Sequence record: KJ019143.1
Length of the DNA: 64,000 nt
Strand: one strand, 5' to 3'
Part shown: in pieces, positions 1-8,996 of the stretch
Layout of the letters: the number at the start of each line of letters is the position of its first letter
How positions within the stretch are numbered: position 1 is the first letter of the stretch
Position numbers and translations under genes: made by a program
Notes under the pieces: generated by a model
Seen by the model: the letters and a program-made list of their open reading frames with translations, nothing else
What the model was told of the DNA's origin: nothing
Database searches by the model: none

Positions 1-80
1 GAGATGTTTGATACCCTTGATAGTATCAAGGATGGTAAGGGTGGTAGCAACCCATTTGGTAAATTTGGTTTTGATGAATA

Positions 81-1088
81 ATGGATTTCTTAAAGGATAT
101 TGTAAATGAAATTGGTGGCGACTTCACTCAGATTGCCTCAGAGATTGAAGAAAACGAAACATACGTGGACACTGGTTCGTTCATCTTTAATGCTCTTGTA
201 TCTGGGTCTATCTATGGTGGTGTATCTGGTAACAAGATTACTGCAATTGCTGGGGAAAGTTCTACTGGAAAGACTTTCTTCTCACTCGCCGTGGTCAAGA
301 ACTTCTTGGATACTAATCCCGATGCATATTGCCTTTATTTTGATACTGAAGCTGCAATCAATAGAAACCTTCTTGAGTCACGAGGTATTGACCTTAAGCG
401 GTTGGTTGTCGTCAATGTCGTTACAGTAGAAGAGTTTAGGATGAAGGCACTTAAGTGTGTCGATATCTACCAGAAGAAACCAGAAGACGAACGCAAACCT
501 TGTATGTTTGTCCTAGATTCTCTGGGTATGTTGTCTACAGAGAAAGAGATCAATGATGCTCTGAATGACAAGAACGTTCGTGATATGACTAAATCACAAC
601 TCATCAAGGGGGCGTTCAGGATGTTGACCTTGAAACTAGGTCAGGCTAAGATACCAATGATTGTTACTAACCATACCTATGATGTGATTGGTGCCTATGT
701 TCCTACTAAGGAAATGGGTGGTGGTTCAGGTCTTAAGTATGCCGCCTCTACTATTATTCACCTCACTAAGAAGAAAGAGAAAGACGGTAAGGATGTTATT
801 GGTAACATTATCAAGTGTAAGACAGCTAAGTCCAGACTCTCCAAAGAGAATACAGACGTAGGTGTTAGACTATTCTATGATGAACGGGGTTTGGATAAGT
901 ACTATGGTCTCCTAGAACTTGGTGAGCTTGGTGGTATGTGGAAGAACGTAGCTGGTCGTTATGACTTGGGTGATGGTAAGAAGATCTACGCTAAAGAGAT
1001 ACTAAAGGATCCAGAGAAGTACTTCACCGAAGAAGTTATGGAGAAACTAGATGTTGTTGCTAGGGGAACATTCTCATATGGGTCATAA
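81..1088 (+). CDS. uvsX: UvsX RecA-like recombinase
   Basis: Walker A GESSTGKT, YFDTE, VLDSLGML, MGGGSGLKY; T4-like position upstream of gp41. Confidence 0.95.
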   Translation: MDFLKDIVNEIGGDFTQIASEIEENETYVDTGSFIFNALVSGSIYGGVSGNKITAIAGESSTGKTFFSLAVVKNFLDTNPDAYCLYFDTEAAINRNLLESRGIDLKRLVVVNVVTVEEFRMKALKCVDIYQKKPEDERKPCMFVLDSLGMLSTEKEINDALNDKNVRDMTKSQLIKGAFRMLTLKLGQAKIPMIVTNHTYDVIGAYVPTKEMGGGSGLKYAASTIIHLTKKKEKDGKDVIGNIIKCKTAKSRLSKENTDVGVRLFYDERGLDKYYGLLELGELGGMWKNVAGRYDLGDGKKIYAKEILKDPEKYFTEEVMEKLDVVARGTFSYGS

Positions 1089-1093
1089 ACAAT

Positions 1094-1624
1094 ATGAGTG
1101 AGTATATCAAACACTATAGGGGAGTTCTAACAGATACATCTTGTGATGTTCTGATAGATGCTCTTCTGAGTGTAGATAGAAAGCATATAAAGGAACATCG
1201 AACAGATCGTAAAACATTTGATCAGGTGTTTCTTAATGCTGCAAATATGGATCTGATTCCAGGTATTACTAAAATAGTTGGTAATGTAATCAAACAATAC
1301 AAGATGGATGTTCCATACTTCACACAGTTCTTTCCCAAGGGACTGGAGATTGAAACACCAAAGGTCAAAGGTTACAGTCCTGGGGGACAATTCAAACCAC
1401 ATTGTGATGTAGATGCTACTTCCTGTCCAAGGTATCTTGCCTTTCTATTTTATCTTAATGATAATTTTACAGGTGGACAAACAGAGTTCTTACCTGGTAT
1501 AATGGTGGAACCTGTGAAAGGTTCAGTGGTGGTATTTCCACCCAACTGGCAACACCCTCATTGTGGATTACCAGTGGAGACTGGTAACAAATATATTATG
1601 TCAACTTATCTAAGATACGTTTAA
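1094..1624 (+). CDS. 2OG-Fe(II) oxygenase (prolyl 4-hydroxylase-like)
   Basis: HCD...YLNDNFTGGQTEF...HPHCGLPV...KY facial-triad pattern. Confidence 0.9.
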   Translation: MSEYIKHYRGVLTDTSCDVLIDALLSVDRKHIKEHRTDRKTFDQVFLNAANMDLIPGITKIVGNVIKQYKMDVPYFTQFFPKGLEIETPKVKGYSPGGQFKPHCDVDATSCPRYLAFLFYLNDNFTGGQTEFLPGIMVEPVKGSVVVFPPNWQHPHCGLPVETGNKYIMSTYLRYV

Positions 1625-2994
1625 TGGATCGAATTGAGAATTTAATACTAAGATCACTCTCACATAGTGAAGGGTTTTCTAGGAAGGTTATCCCCTTCAT
1701 CAAACCAGATTATTTCCATGATAATGCTGAGAAAGTTCTCTTCGAAGAAATTGCACAATACATTGTCAAGTACAACTCCAATGTTACTGTACAGGCTCTA
1801 AGTATTGAGGTGGAACAGAGAACCGATTTATCTGATAGTGATGTCAAAACTATCAGAACCATCCTAGATGACTTTGATGCAGTCACAGGAACTGATGAGT
1901 GGATGATTGATTCCACTGAGAAGTGGTGTAAGAAACAAGCAATCTACAACGCTCTTATGGAGTCTGTGAGTATTGCTAATGGAGATAGTCAGACTAAGGC
2001 TGAAGACGCTATTCCTAGTATCCTCTCAGAGGCTCTGGGTGTATCCTTTGATAGTAATGTAGGTCACGACTATATCGAGAATGCAGAGGATAGGTGGGAG
2101 TACTATCACCAGAAGGAAGATAAGATTCCCTTCGATATTGATCTACTCAATGCGATTACTAAAGGTGGATTACCTAACAAGACACTGAATATCGCACTCG
2201 CTGGTACTGGTGTCGGTAAGTCACTCTTTATGTGTCACGTAGCAGCCTCTAGTTTAATGCAGGGTAAGAATGTTCTATACATCACTGCTGAGATGGCAGA
2301 AGAGAAGATCGCGGAACGTATTGACTCCAACCTACTCAACGTTAATATCAAGGATCTATCTGAACTACCCAAACAGATGTTTGAGAAGAAGATAGATGCG
2401 GTATCTAAGAAGACACAAGGTTCCTTGGTTATCAAGGAGTATCCTACAGCTTCTGCACACTCAGGTCACTTCAAGTCTCTACTTAACGAACTAAAACTCA
2501 AGAAGAACTTCACACCAGATATTATCTTTATTGATTATCTCAATATCTGTGCTTCCTCTCGTATCAGAGCTGGTGCTAACGCTAACTCCTACACACTAGT
2601 GAAGAGTATCGCAGAAGAGATTCGTGGTCTAGCGGTAGAGTTCAACGTTCCTATCGTGAGTGCTACTCAGACGACCCGTAGTGGGTATGGAAACAGTGAC
2701 GTGGGTATCACAGATACCTCTGAGTCTTTCGGTCTTCCTGCAACCGCTGACCTTATGATTGCTCTCATCTCCACTGAGGAGTTGGAGGGACTGAATCAGA
2801 TTATGGTTAAACAACTCAAGAACAGATACAATGATCCCACCATCCACAAGCGTTTTGTTGTCGGTATTGATAGAGCTAAGATGCGGTTGTATGACTGTGA
2901 GCAGGCAGCTCAGGATGATATTCTGGATTCTGGTGATACAGAAACCCAGGAAGGTTCTTCTCTGAAGGATAAGTTGGCAAAACTGAGTTTCTAG
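1624..2994 (+). CDS. 41: T4 gp41-like replicative DNA helicase
   Basis: LAGTGVGKS Walker A, IFIDYL, SATQTTRSG, KQLKNRY. Confidence 0.95.
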   Translation: MDRIENLILRSLSHSEGFSRKVIPFIKPDYFHDNAEKVLFEEIAQYIVKYNSNVTVQALSIEVEQRTDLSDSDVKTIRTILDDFDAVTGTDEWMIDSTEKWCKKQAIYNALMESVSIANGDSQTKAEDAIPSILSEALGVSFDSNVGHDYIENAEDRWEYYHQKEDKIPFDIDLLNAITKGGLPNKTLNIALAGTGVGKSLFMCHVAASSLMQGKNVLYITAEMAEEKIAERIDSNLLNVNIKDLSELPKQMFEKKIDAVSKKTQGSLVIKEYPTASAHSGHFKSLLNELKLKKNFTPDIIFIDYLNICASSRIRAGANANSYTLVKSIAEEIRGLAVEFNVPIVSATQTTRSGYGNSDVGITDTSESFGLPATADLMIALISTEELEGLNQIMVKQLKNRYNDPTIHKRFVVGIDRAKMRLYDCEQAAQDDILDSGDTETQEGSSLKDKLAKLSF

Positions 2995-3002
2995 TGTATA
3001 AT
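2974..3002 (+). promoter_or_regulatory. sigma70-type early promoter
   Basis: TTGGCA (2974-2979), 17-bp spacer, TATAAT (2997-3002). Confidence 0.7.
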
Positions 3003-3052
3003 GGTTATGTTGGGAAGAAACCCCAACCTCCTTTGTGATGTGGTGTTTGTTG

Positions 3053-3080
3053 GGGAAGGGGTGGTTCCCTTCCCTTTTTT
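3053..3080 (+). terminator. intrinsic terminator
   Basis: GGGAAGGG-gtggtt-CCCTTCCC followed by T6. Confidence 0.85.
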
Positions 3081-3104
3081 ATTGTTTATTGGTATTCAAT
3101 TATT

Positions 3105-3509
3105 ATGAGCGTAGATTTTTCTAAGTACGGTGAGTTTGTAGACACAGTAACTAGTGCCCCCTCCAAGGGAACTGGTGAGATGATCGCAGTACTCAAAGAC
3201 CTTAAGGTTCGTGGAGCACAACCTGAGAGACTACTCACTGGTGCAGTTGGTATCTGTGCGGAAGGTGGTGAGTTTATGGAAGTCGTCAAGAAGATGGTAT
3301 TCCAAGGCAAACCTTATGACCACGATAACATCTGGCATATGAAACGTGAGTTGGGTGATATTATGTTCTATGTACAAACAGCGTGTATCGCTCTAGGTAC
3401 CTCTGTTGATGAGATTGTAGAGATGAATGTAGAGAAACTAGAAGCACGATATCCCGGTGGTAAGTTCAGTGTAGAGAATAGTGAGAACCGAGTGGAGGGT
3501 GACTTATGA
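3105..3509 (+). CDS. mazG: MazG-like nucleoside triphosphate pyrophosphohydrolase
   Basis: EGGEFMEVVKK and KRELGDIMFYV motifs. Confidence 0.92.
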   Translation: MSVDFSKYGEFVDTVTSAPSKGTGEMIAVLKDLKVRGAQPERLLTGAVGICAEGGEFMEVVKKMVFQGKPYDHDNIWHMKRELGDIMFYVQTACIALGTSVDEIVEMNVEKLEARYPGGKFSVENSENRVEGDL

Positions 3510-3628
3510 TTGCATCTGATACACATAATGAACCCACTGAGTTAATCAGACAAATCAATGAGTCAGTGGAACGCGCTAGATTGAAGGCACAGGACGACGA
3601 ACTAAACTATGAAACAGGAGGTAAATGA
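3506..3628 (+). CDS. small hypothetical protein (40 aa)
   Basis: ATGA overlaps with both neighbours; translated by hand MIASDTHNEP... Confidence 0.5.
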   Translation: MIASDTHNEPTELIRQINESVERARLKAQDDELNYETGGK

Positions 3629-3933
3629 TGGACAAACCAATTACAGTTGAGGAATACCAAGAGGCTGGTAAAGAGTTCTGGCCAAAGTATTGGTATGTTG
3701 CTAAAGAACTTGGTGAAAACGCTAAGACTGAAGATGTCCTACATGTTATGGAGTCTCTTGCTGGTGTTGTTATGGTCAACAGAAGCAATGAAAAGAAAGA
3801 ATACTCTGGTATGATTGGGTTCAATAAGTCCCTAGAAGACAACCCATTGGCTTCTGCTACATACCACGGACAACCAGTTACAGAGTGTCCTCCAGGGACT
3901 ATCTACTGTAACGGTGAATGTTGTGATCTATGA
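3625..3933 (+). CDS. hypothetical cyanophage protein
   Basis: AGGAGG RBS, 102-aa ORF in operon. Confidence 0.7.
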   Translation: MMDKPITVEEYQEAGKEFWPKYWYVAKELGENAKTEDVLHVMESLAGVVMVNRSNEKKEYSGMIGFNKSLEDNPLASATYHGQPVTECPPGTIYCNGECCDL

Positions 3934-3941
3934 GGTAAATT

Positions 3942-4076
3942 ATGGCTAAAAGAACCTATACTACAAAGTCTGGAGATGTGTTTGAGTGGGAAGAGACCCC
4001 TGAAACTACTGCAGCACTCAAAGCTCTCCACAGACAAGTGGCAGAGACAAAACAGAAGCTTGACAGCACCAAGTGA
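3942..4076 (+). CDS. small hypothetical protein (44 aa)
   Basis: GAGG RBS, MAKRTYTTKSGDVFEWEE..., fills gap before promoter. Confidence 0.6.
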   Translation: MAKRTYTTKSGDVFEWEETPETTAALKALHRQVAETKQKLDSTK

Positions 4077-4088
4077 GTCTGTTATAAT
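4060..4088 (+). promoter_or_regulatory. consensus sigma70 promoter driving the RNA cluster
   Basis: TTGACA (4060-4065), 17 bp, TATAAT (4083-4088). Confidence 0.9.
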
Positions 4089-4093
4089 ATGAG

Positions 4094-4165
4094 AGTTGGG
4101 AAGGAAACCCCCCAACTGCGGTGACCCCCTTGGTAGTTCAGGGTTAGCGGCGATAGGAACTACCA
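4094..4165 (+). ncRNA. structured leader RNA (two hairpins plus possible pseudoknot), family unassigned
   Basis: AGTTGGG/CCCAACT stem; TGGTAGTTC/GAACTACCA 9-bp stem; loop GGGTTA complementary to TGACCC (4122-4127). Confidence 0.55.
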
Positions 4166-4168
4166 CAA

Positions 4169-4242
4169 GGGTTAATAGCTCAGCTGGACAGAGCAACGCT
4201 CTTCTAAAGCGTCGGTCGTTGGTTCGAATCCAACTTAACCCG
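4169..4242 (+). tRNA. tRNA-Arg (anticodon TCT)
   Basis: Acceptor GGGTTAA/TTAACCC, anticodon arm ACGCT-CTTCTAA-AGCGT, T-arm GTTGG-TTCGAAT-CCAAC; no encoded CCA. Confidence 0.95.
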
Positions 4243-4455
4243 TTGGGGTCTAATTAACCCCATAGGATGTGACAGAATGAACCGTTTGGTTAATACCGGT
4301 CATTGTATAGTAGGGAAGGCTGTGGTGGCCGCCAGAAAGACTAGGAGACTAGAGTTCTGAGAACCCATACCAGGGTCCCGAAAGTTCAGAGGTATTACTA
4401 TTCTTAGTATGACCCCTCTGTTGGAGGTAAAAAGATAATCCTCCCATCCACCCAA
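4243..4455 (+). ncRNA. multi-stem structured RNA resembling the manA RNA motif
   Basis: ORF-free ~210 nt between two tRNAs with several stems (CTAG-GAGA-CTAG, AGAGG/CCTCT, GGAGG/CCTCC); manA RNAs are known next to cyanophage tRNAs; resemblance judged from memory. Confidence 0.55.
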
Positions 4456-4527
4456 TCCACAATAGCTCAGCGGTAGAGTCGGCGACTGTTAATCGCCTTG
4501 TCCCTGGTTCGAATCCAGGTTGTGGAG
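4456..4527 (+). tRNA. tRNA-Asn (anticodon GTT)
   Basis: Acceptor TCCACAA/TTGTGGA, anticodon arm GGCGA-CTGTTAA-TCGCC, T-arm CCTGG-TTCGAAT-CCAGG. Confidence 0.95.
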
Positions 4528-4545
4528 TTCTTTATTATCTTTGAT

Positions 4546-5262
4546 ATGGATGTATCCAATCCTGATAACTGGTATATTGGTAGATTTTGTGAATCTAACT
4601 TCCTAGATCAAACAGCACTCTCCTCAGTGAGGTCATGGATTGATACTCAATCATGGGTAGATGGAGTTTTAACTTTGGACTACTCTAAAGATAAGGATCC
4701 ATATCAACTGAAAAGAAATCAGGCAACGAGAAATATAATCCCACCCAGACTATTTTGGCCACATGTTGATAAGAACGAAAAGTTCGCTCGGTTCACCTGT
4801 CCCCGATCAAGTACCGATCCAAACTGCACAAAAACATCTAAGGGTGAATACTACAAACCACACTTTGATGATGTAGTTAATGGGCACTTCTCAACTACGA
4901 TCTTTATCAGTGATCCTGATGAATATGATGGTGGTGAGTTAGTTCTGTATATTGACGGGAAGGAAGTATTCTTCAAACCAAAAGCAGGTGAAGGTGTAAC
5001 TTATGAGACTGGTATTGGTCATAGAGTCAATACAGTCACAAGGGGTGAGAGATTGGCATTTGTATTCTGGACAGATTGTCGATGGGATGATATTGATGAT
5101 TATCGTGATTGGCGTTATTATAACTATATGAAAGACTACCTAATGACAACTCCTTATGTTGATACCTTATATGAGTTTTGTAACGAACCCCATACTATAT
5201 TCAAAGGGAAATCATATGATATTATGAGAAAGGTTATGAGGAAAGTTATTCCTAATGGTTGA
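4546..5262 (+). CDS. PKHD-type (YbiX-like) 2OG-Fe(II) hydroxylase
   Basis: YYKPHFD, EYDGGELV, HRVNTVTRGER; start moved to ATG 4546 because the track start lies inside tRNA-Asn. Confidence 0.85.
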   Translation: MDVSNPDNWYIGRFCESNFLDQTALSSVRSWIDTQSWVDGVLTLDYSKDKDPYQLKRNQATRNIIPPRLFWPHVDKNEKFARFTCPRSSTDPNCTKTSKGEYYKPHFDDVVNGHFSTTIFISDPDEYDGGELVLYIDGKEVFFKPKAGEGVTYETGIGHRVNTVTRGERLAFVFWTDCRWDDIDDYRDWRYYNYMKDYLMTTPYVDTLYEFCNEPHTIFKGKSYDIMRKVMRKVIPNG

Positions 5263-5788
5263 ATCATTTTACGGAGAAATACTCAACTCTGATGCTACTG
5301 GGCATCTGTATTCGTATGCCCAAAGTATTCAAGACTGGCAAACCATAAAGCAAGACTATATGGGTAAGAACTATCAGTCTGTTATGGCTCATAAAGTTCC
5401 AAAGGGAAATGAAATTGAGAAGTATGTTGTTAGAACTTTCCTCACATTCAATAAGTTATATTTCAATTACGATCTAGTAGGAACATTTGAAACACAGATT
5501 CTAAAGTATAATGTTCATGATGGATATGATTGGCATTGTGACTATGGTGTGAGTGAGAATCCCAATGCGATAAGAAAACTGAGTATGATTATTCAACTCA
5601 GTGATATGTGGGACTACAACGGTGCAAATGTATTCCTAAGGGACTGGCACAACCGAGAACACATCCTAAGTAAGGAATCTGGGTATGTTACCGTATTCGA
5701 CTCTAGGTCCCCTCACAGGGTCTCTCCCCTAGCTATCGGAGAACGATACTCACTGGTAGCCTGGGCTCACGGTCCAGAGTGGAGATAA
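5255..5788 (+). CDS. 2OG-Fe(II) oxygenase
   Basis: YDWHCD, RKLSMIIQLSD, HRVSPLAIGERYSLVAW. Confidence 0.9.
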   Translation: MVESFYGEILNSDATGHLYSYAQSIQDWQTIKQDYMGKNYQSVMAHKVPKGNEIEKYVVRTFLTFNKLYFNYDLVGTFETQILKYNVHDGYDWHCDYGVSENPNAIRKLSMIIQLSDMWDYNGANVFLRDWHNREHILSKESGYVTVFDSRSPHRVSPLAIGERYSLVAWAHGPEWR

Positions 5789-5813
5789 ATAAAATACAAA
5801 GAAATGGAAACAT

Positions 5814-6128
5814 ATGCTTTCTACACAATATCGTCTTCGCCTTGAGGCTATCTGCCAAAAGATTGCGAATAGTGAATCTGTGGATTTGAGTGACATGATC
5901 TGGGCAGACAAACTGGCAAAGAGTCATACTACCGCTAGAGACTGGTTGCAGCAGGCAAGAAGACAATCCGCCCATCAAATTGAAGAAGGTACCATAGATG
6001 ATTTTATGAATCGGATGAATTTAGGGAACCCTGATCCATCCGATCATAAAACTGGGTTCGATAGTGCCGATGACATCAAAGATTGGTTTCGGCAAGATAA
6101 GTCCAAAGACTGGAGACAAAGAGACTAA
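5814..6128 (+). CDS. conserved cyanophage hypothetical protein
   Basis: MLSTQYRLRLEAIC...IWADKLAK type sequence typical of cyanomyoviruses. Confidence 0.75.
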   Translation: MLSTQYRLRLEAICQKIANSESVDLSDMIWADKLAKSHTTARDWLQQARRQSAHQIEEGTIDDFMNRMNLGNPDPSDHKTGFDSADDIKDWFRQDKSKDWRQRD

Positions 6129-6130
6129 CT

Positions 6131-6310
6131 ATGGCTAATAAAAACGACAAAGGCAATCACCCAAGAGAAGAGGGTTGGTTCACCGAAAAGTTGAAGAGAA
6201 GACTCAGGAATGATCTCATACATCCTGAACATCTAGTTCCCATTCTTATTGAAGAGAATGAGGCACTTAGAGCAGAGATTGCAACACTAAAAGCAATGCA
6301 TAAATGGTAA
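6131..6310 (+). CDS. small hypothetical protein (59 aa)
   Basis: Hand-translated ORF exactly filling the gap between neighbours. Confidence 0.6.
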   Translation: MANKNDKGNHPREEGWFTEKLKRRLRNDLIHPEHLVPILIEENEALRAEIATLKAMHKW

Positions 6311-6311
6311 A

Positions 6312-7613
6312 ATGGCAGCATTAAGTTCCACTTCCCCAGGACAACTAGGTAAGTATGTCATCCCCACAGTCCAGAAACTAAATGATGCGATGAAACGCAG
6401 AACTAGTCTTGGTAGGGGGAGTGGTAAGTCTTATACCATTAAGAATACCCCTGCGAATGTGGCAGCTATCAAGGAGTTCTCTCGTATTGGTAGCTCCCCC
6501 AAGTCACAGAAAGAAGCACTTGCTATTAGTCTGCAGACCACTGATACTAAAGTTCCTACTATTACTATCGGCAGTATTGATAAACCTAATATCAAATACA
6601 ACCTTGGAGATATGTCTGAGGCTGTAGTTGGTGCTGCTATTGCTGCCAGGTTTATCTACAAGAATAGAAGTATTACGACTTCAAATGTTTATGGTGTTCT
6701 ATATGGAATGCCACCATCATCTAACTACCCAGGGAAGAAGGGAAAATATACAGAGAAGACATTCCAGTCAGTTAATGAAAATAAGAAGGTTACAGATCAA
6801 GTTAAGGTGTATATCTCCTTAGCTGAGGTTAATATGGCTGCTGTGATGGATAGATCCAATAAGGATCTTATTCTTCCTTATGTTCGTTCTGCAGTCAGAT
6901 ATGCCAATAGTACTACTGTTAAGAAGTGGTCCAAACTACTTTATGAGAACAATAGATCAGATAAGATTGATGTAATGTCCGATGGTCTTGGAGGACAAAC
7001 CACAACTAAAGTGGATGTATATGTAAAAGTTAATGATGAGAAAGTAAATATTAATGTGTCACTGAAGGCTGGTGATGTCAAACAGTTTGGTCAGGTCTCT
7101 GGTATTGAGTTTGAGAAACAAACTAAACTATGGGAAACCTCCTTTGGTTTTGGTAGTGAGATTAAGAGTCTAGAGTCAAAGTATAACCAGTTGATCTCAG
7201 ATAAATCAACAGTCCCACAGGCTGTAACTATGGTGTATCAAGAGGTGGCTAACCTTTTTAATCAAGGTATTAAGAGAGGTGATGCTGGTATGATAAGGAA
7301 ATTTGCCAACTCCATTAAGTATTTTGCTACACTAAATGAAGACAATGTAACCCTACTACAGGTGGGTAATGATGCAGCAAAGCTCTATTCGTTTGATGAT
7401 ATATACCAAGGAATAGAAAACATGCAACTGAACGCTTCTATTACTATGGGTAAGAGTGGTCTCCCAACCTTACTAATAAACGAGACTGCTAGTGGGCAAC
7501 CTCTTATTCAGTATCGAGTGAAGCAGGAGTTCAAACCCGATGGGTCTCCATACATCAGAAACTATGTGGAGAAGCAGACTGTTCTAGGAAAACTTATTGG
7601 TGAAAACCTCTAG
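6312..7613 (+). CDS. hypothetical protein with possible PD-(D/E)xK nuclease-like motif
   Basis: 433 aa; TKVDVYV...NVSLKAG resembles D...(S/E)xK; function inferred only. Confidence 0.6.
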   Translation: MAALSSTSPGQLGKYVIPTVQKLNDAMKRRTSLGRGSGKSYTIKNTPANVAAIKEFSRIGSSPKSQKEALAISLQTTDTKVPTITIGSIDKPNIKYNLGDMSEAVVGAAIAARFIYKNRSITTSNVYGVLYGMPPSSNYPGKKGKYTEKTFQSVNENKKVTDQVKVYISLAEVNMAAVMDRSNKDLILPYVRSAVRYANSTTVKKWSKLLYENNRSDKIDVMSDGLGGQTTTKVDVYVKVNDEKVNINVSLKAGDVKQFGQVSGIEFEKQTKLWETSFGFGSEIKSLESKYNQLISDKSTVPQAVTMVYQEVANLFNQGIKRGDAGMIRKFANSIKYFATLNEDNVTLLQVGNDAAKLYSFDDIYQGIENMQLNASITMGKSGLPTLLINETASGQPLIQYRVKQEFKPDGSPYIRNYVEKQTVLGKLIGENL

Positions 7614-7648
7614 GTGTGTTATAATACCATTGTAGAGATTTCTATTTT

Positions 7649-8548
7649 ATGAAGGAACGCAGAAAGTATCCAACCGTATTGAGGTATCCAGGCGGTAAGT
7701 CTAGGATTATCTACTATTTGTTTAGGGAAAATATGATCCCTAAGAATGTCAAGGAATACCGTGAGGGTTTCCTAGGTGGGGGTTCTTGTGCTCTTGCGTT
7801 CTCTGTGATGTACCCAAACACCCCAGTTTGGGTCAATGATCTTTACTACAATCTGTATATCTTCTGGACACAACTCCAGAAGAATCCAGATCCACTCATC
7901 AATCGTCTCCTAGAACTAAAGGACGAAGCCTGTGATGCATCGGGTACAGAAGAACTAGAGAAAAAGCATAGAAAACTCTACACAGATATGCGTGATCTCA
8001 TTAATACTTCTAGTGATCACCTTGATATTGCAACCTCCTTCTACATTCTAAACCGATCTAGTTTCGGTGGATTTACTGAACAGAACAAGAATGCCTTCAT
8101 CCGAGACTCATACAAGAATACTATTTTCTCTCAGAGTAAAATCCGTAAGTTGGCTAATATCTCTGAGATTATCCAACCCTGGAGAATTACCAATACACAC
8201 TACAAGGAACTAATGAGAACTCCTGGTGATGATGTATTTGTGTTCCTAGACCCTCCATATCTAATCAAGGATATGTTGTATGGTAAGGACAAGGAGATGC
8301 ACACTGGGTTCTCTCATGAAGAGTTTGTGAGTGAGTGTAAAGGTTCTACACATGACTGGATGATTACCTACAATGAACATGAATGGTTGAGATCCCAGTT
8401 CGCTGACTATCATATGGAGTCTTTCGAGTTCCGTTATAGTCTCGCCCACAGGGAAGAGAATGGCAACAAGAAAGAAGAACTCCTCATAATGAACTATGAG
8501 ATTCCTCGTGATATCCCAAACCCACTAGAGGTAGTTTTGTATGGATGA
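7649..8548 (+). CDS. DNA adenine methyltransferase (Dam/D12 class)
   Basis: LRYPGGKS, EGFLGGGS (motif I), VNDL, FLDPPY (motif IV); extended -10 TGTGTTATAAT upstream. Confidence 0.92.
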   Translation: MKERRKYPTVLRYPGGKSRIIYYLFRENMIPKNVKEYREGFLGGGSCALAFSVMYPNTPVWVNDLYYNLYIFWTQLQKNPDPLINRLLELKDEACDASGTEELEKKHRKLYTDMRDLINTSSDHLDIATSFYILNRSSFGGFTEQNKNAFIRDSYKNTIFSQSKIRKLANISEIIQPWRITNTHYKELMRTPGDDVFVFLDPPYLIKDMLYGKDKEMHTGFSHEEFVSECKGSTHDWMITYNEHEWLRSQFADYHMESFEFRYSLAHREENGNKKEELLIMNYEIPRDIPNPLEVVLYG

Positions 8549-8996
8549 TCTAGAGCTAGAGTATCATCTTTATCTGGATGGAAACCCTATTCAGACACTG
8601 AAGGATGACGCTAGTACAATGACTTTAGCCAAGAAGAGAGTTATCGGTCCTTACATTCGTAGAGCTGAATCTTTTATTAAAATATCAGAACCATTTAGAG
8701 AACTACTTCGTCTTGATGATGGTAAGGATAAACTTCTAGATGCAATAGGTGTTGTCTGGGCACACTACTTTGAACATAAGATTAACAAGAAGTATATGGT
8801 TATCCCTAAGGATGCATCTCTTGATTTTATGGAATACTTTGGTACTATGGCACAGAAGGATAAGTTCCCGGATGATAAATATATTAAGAAAGCTCAGCGT
8901 ATCATTCTCTCTCACGAAAAGAGTATTGATGCTTTCATTAAGGCTTTTCATAGTATCCGTTTAGCAAACGACAAATATCTCTCCCTGAAGAAATGA
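8541..8996 (+). CDS. hypothetical protein
   Basis: 151-aa ORF overlapping both neighbours. Confidence 0.7.
   Translation: MDDLELEYHLYLDGNPIQTLKDDASTMTLAKKRVIGPYIRRAESFIKISEPFRELLRLDDGKDKLLDAIGVVWAHYFEHKINKKYMVIPKDASLDFMEYFGTMAQKDKFPDDKYIKKAQRIILSHEKSIDAFIKAFHSIRLANDKYLSLKK

Noticed and set aside
4094-4300. HDV-like (theta) ribozyme beside tRNA-Arg
   Set aside because: I could not build a convincing P1/P3/P1.1/J4-2 fold on either side of the tRNA by hand; left to a covariance search.
4498-4545. N-terminal extension of the oxygenase ORF given in the track
   Set aside because: It overlaps the T-arm and acceptor stem of tRNA-Asn; ATG 4546 is the sensible start.
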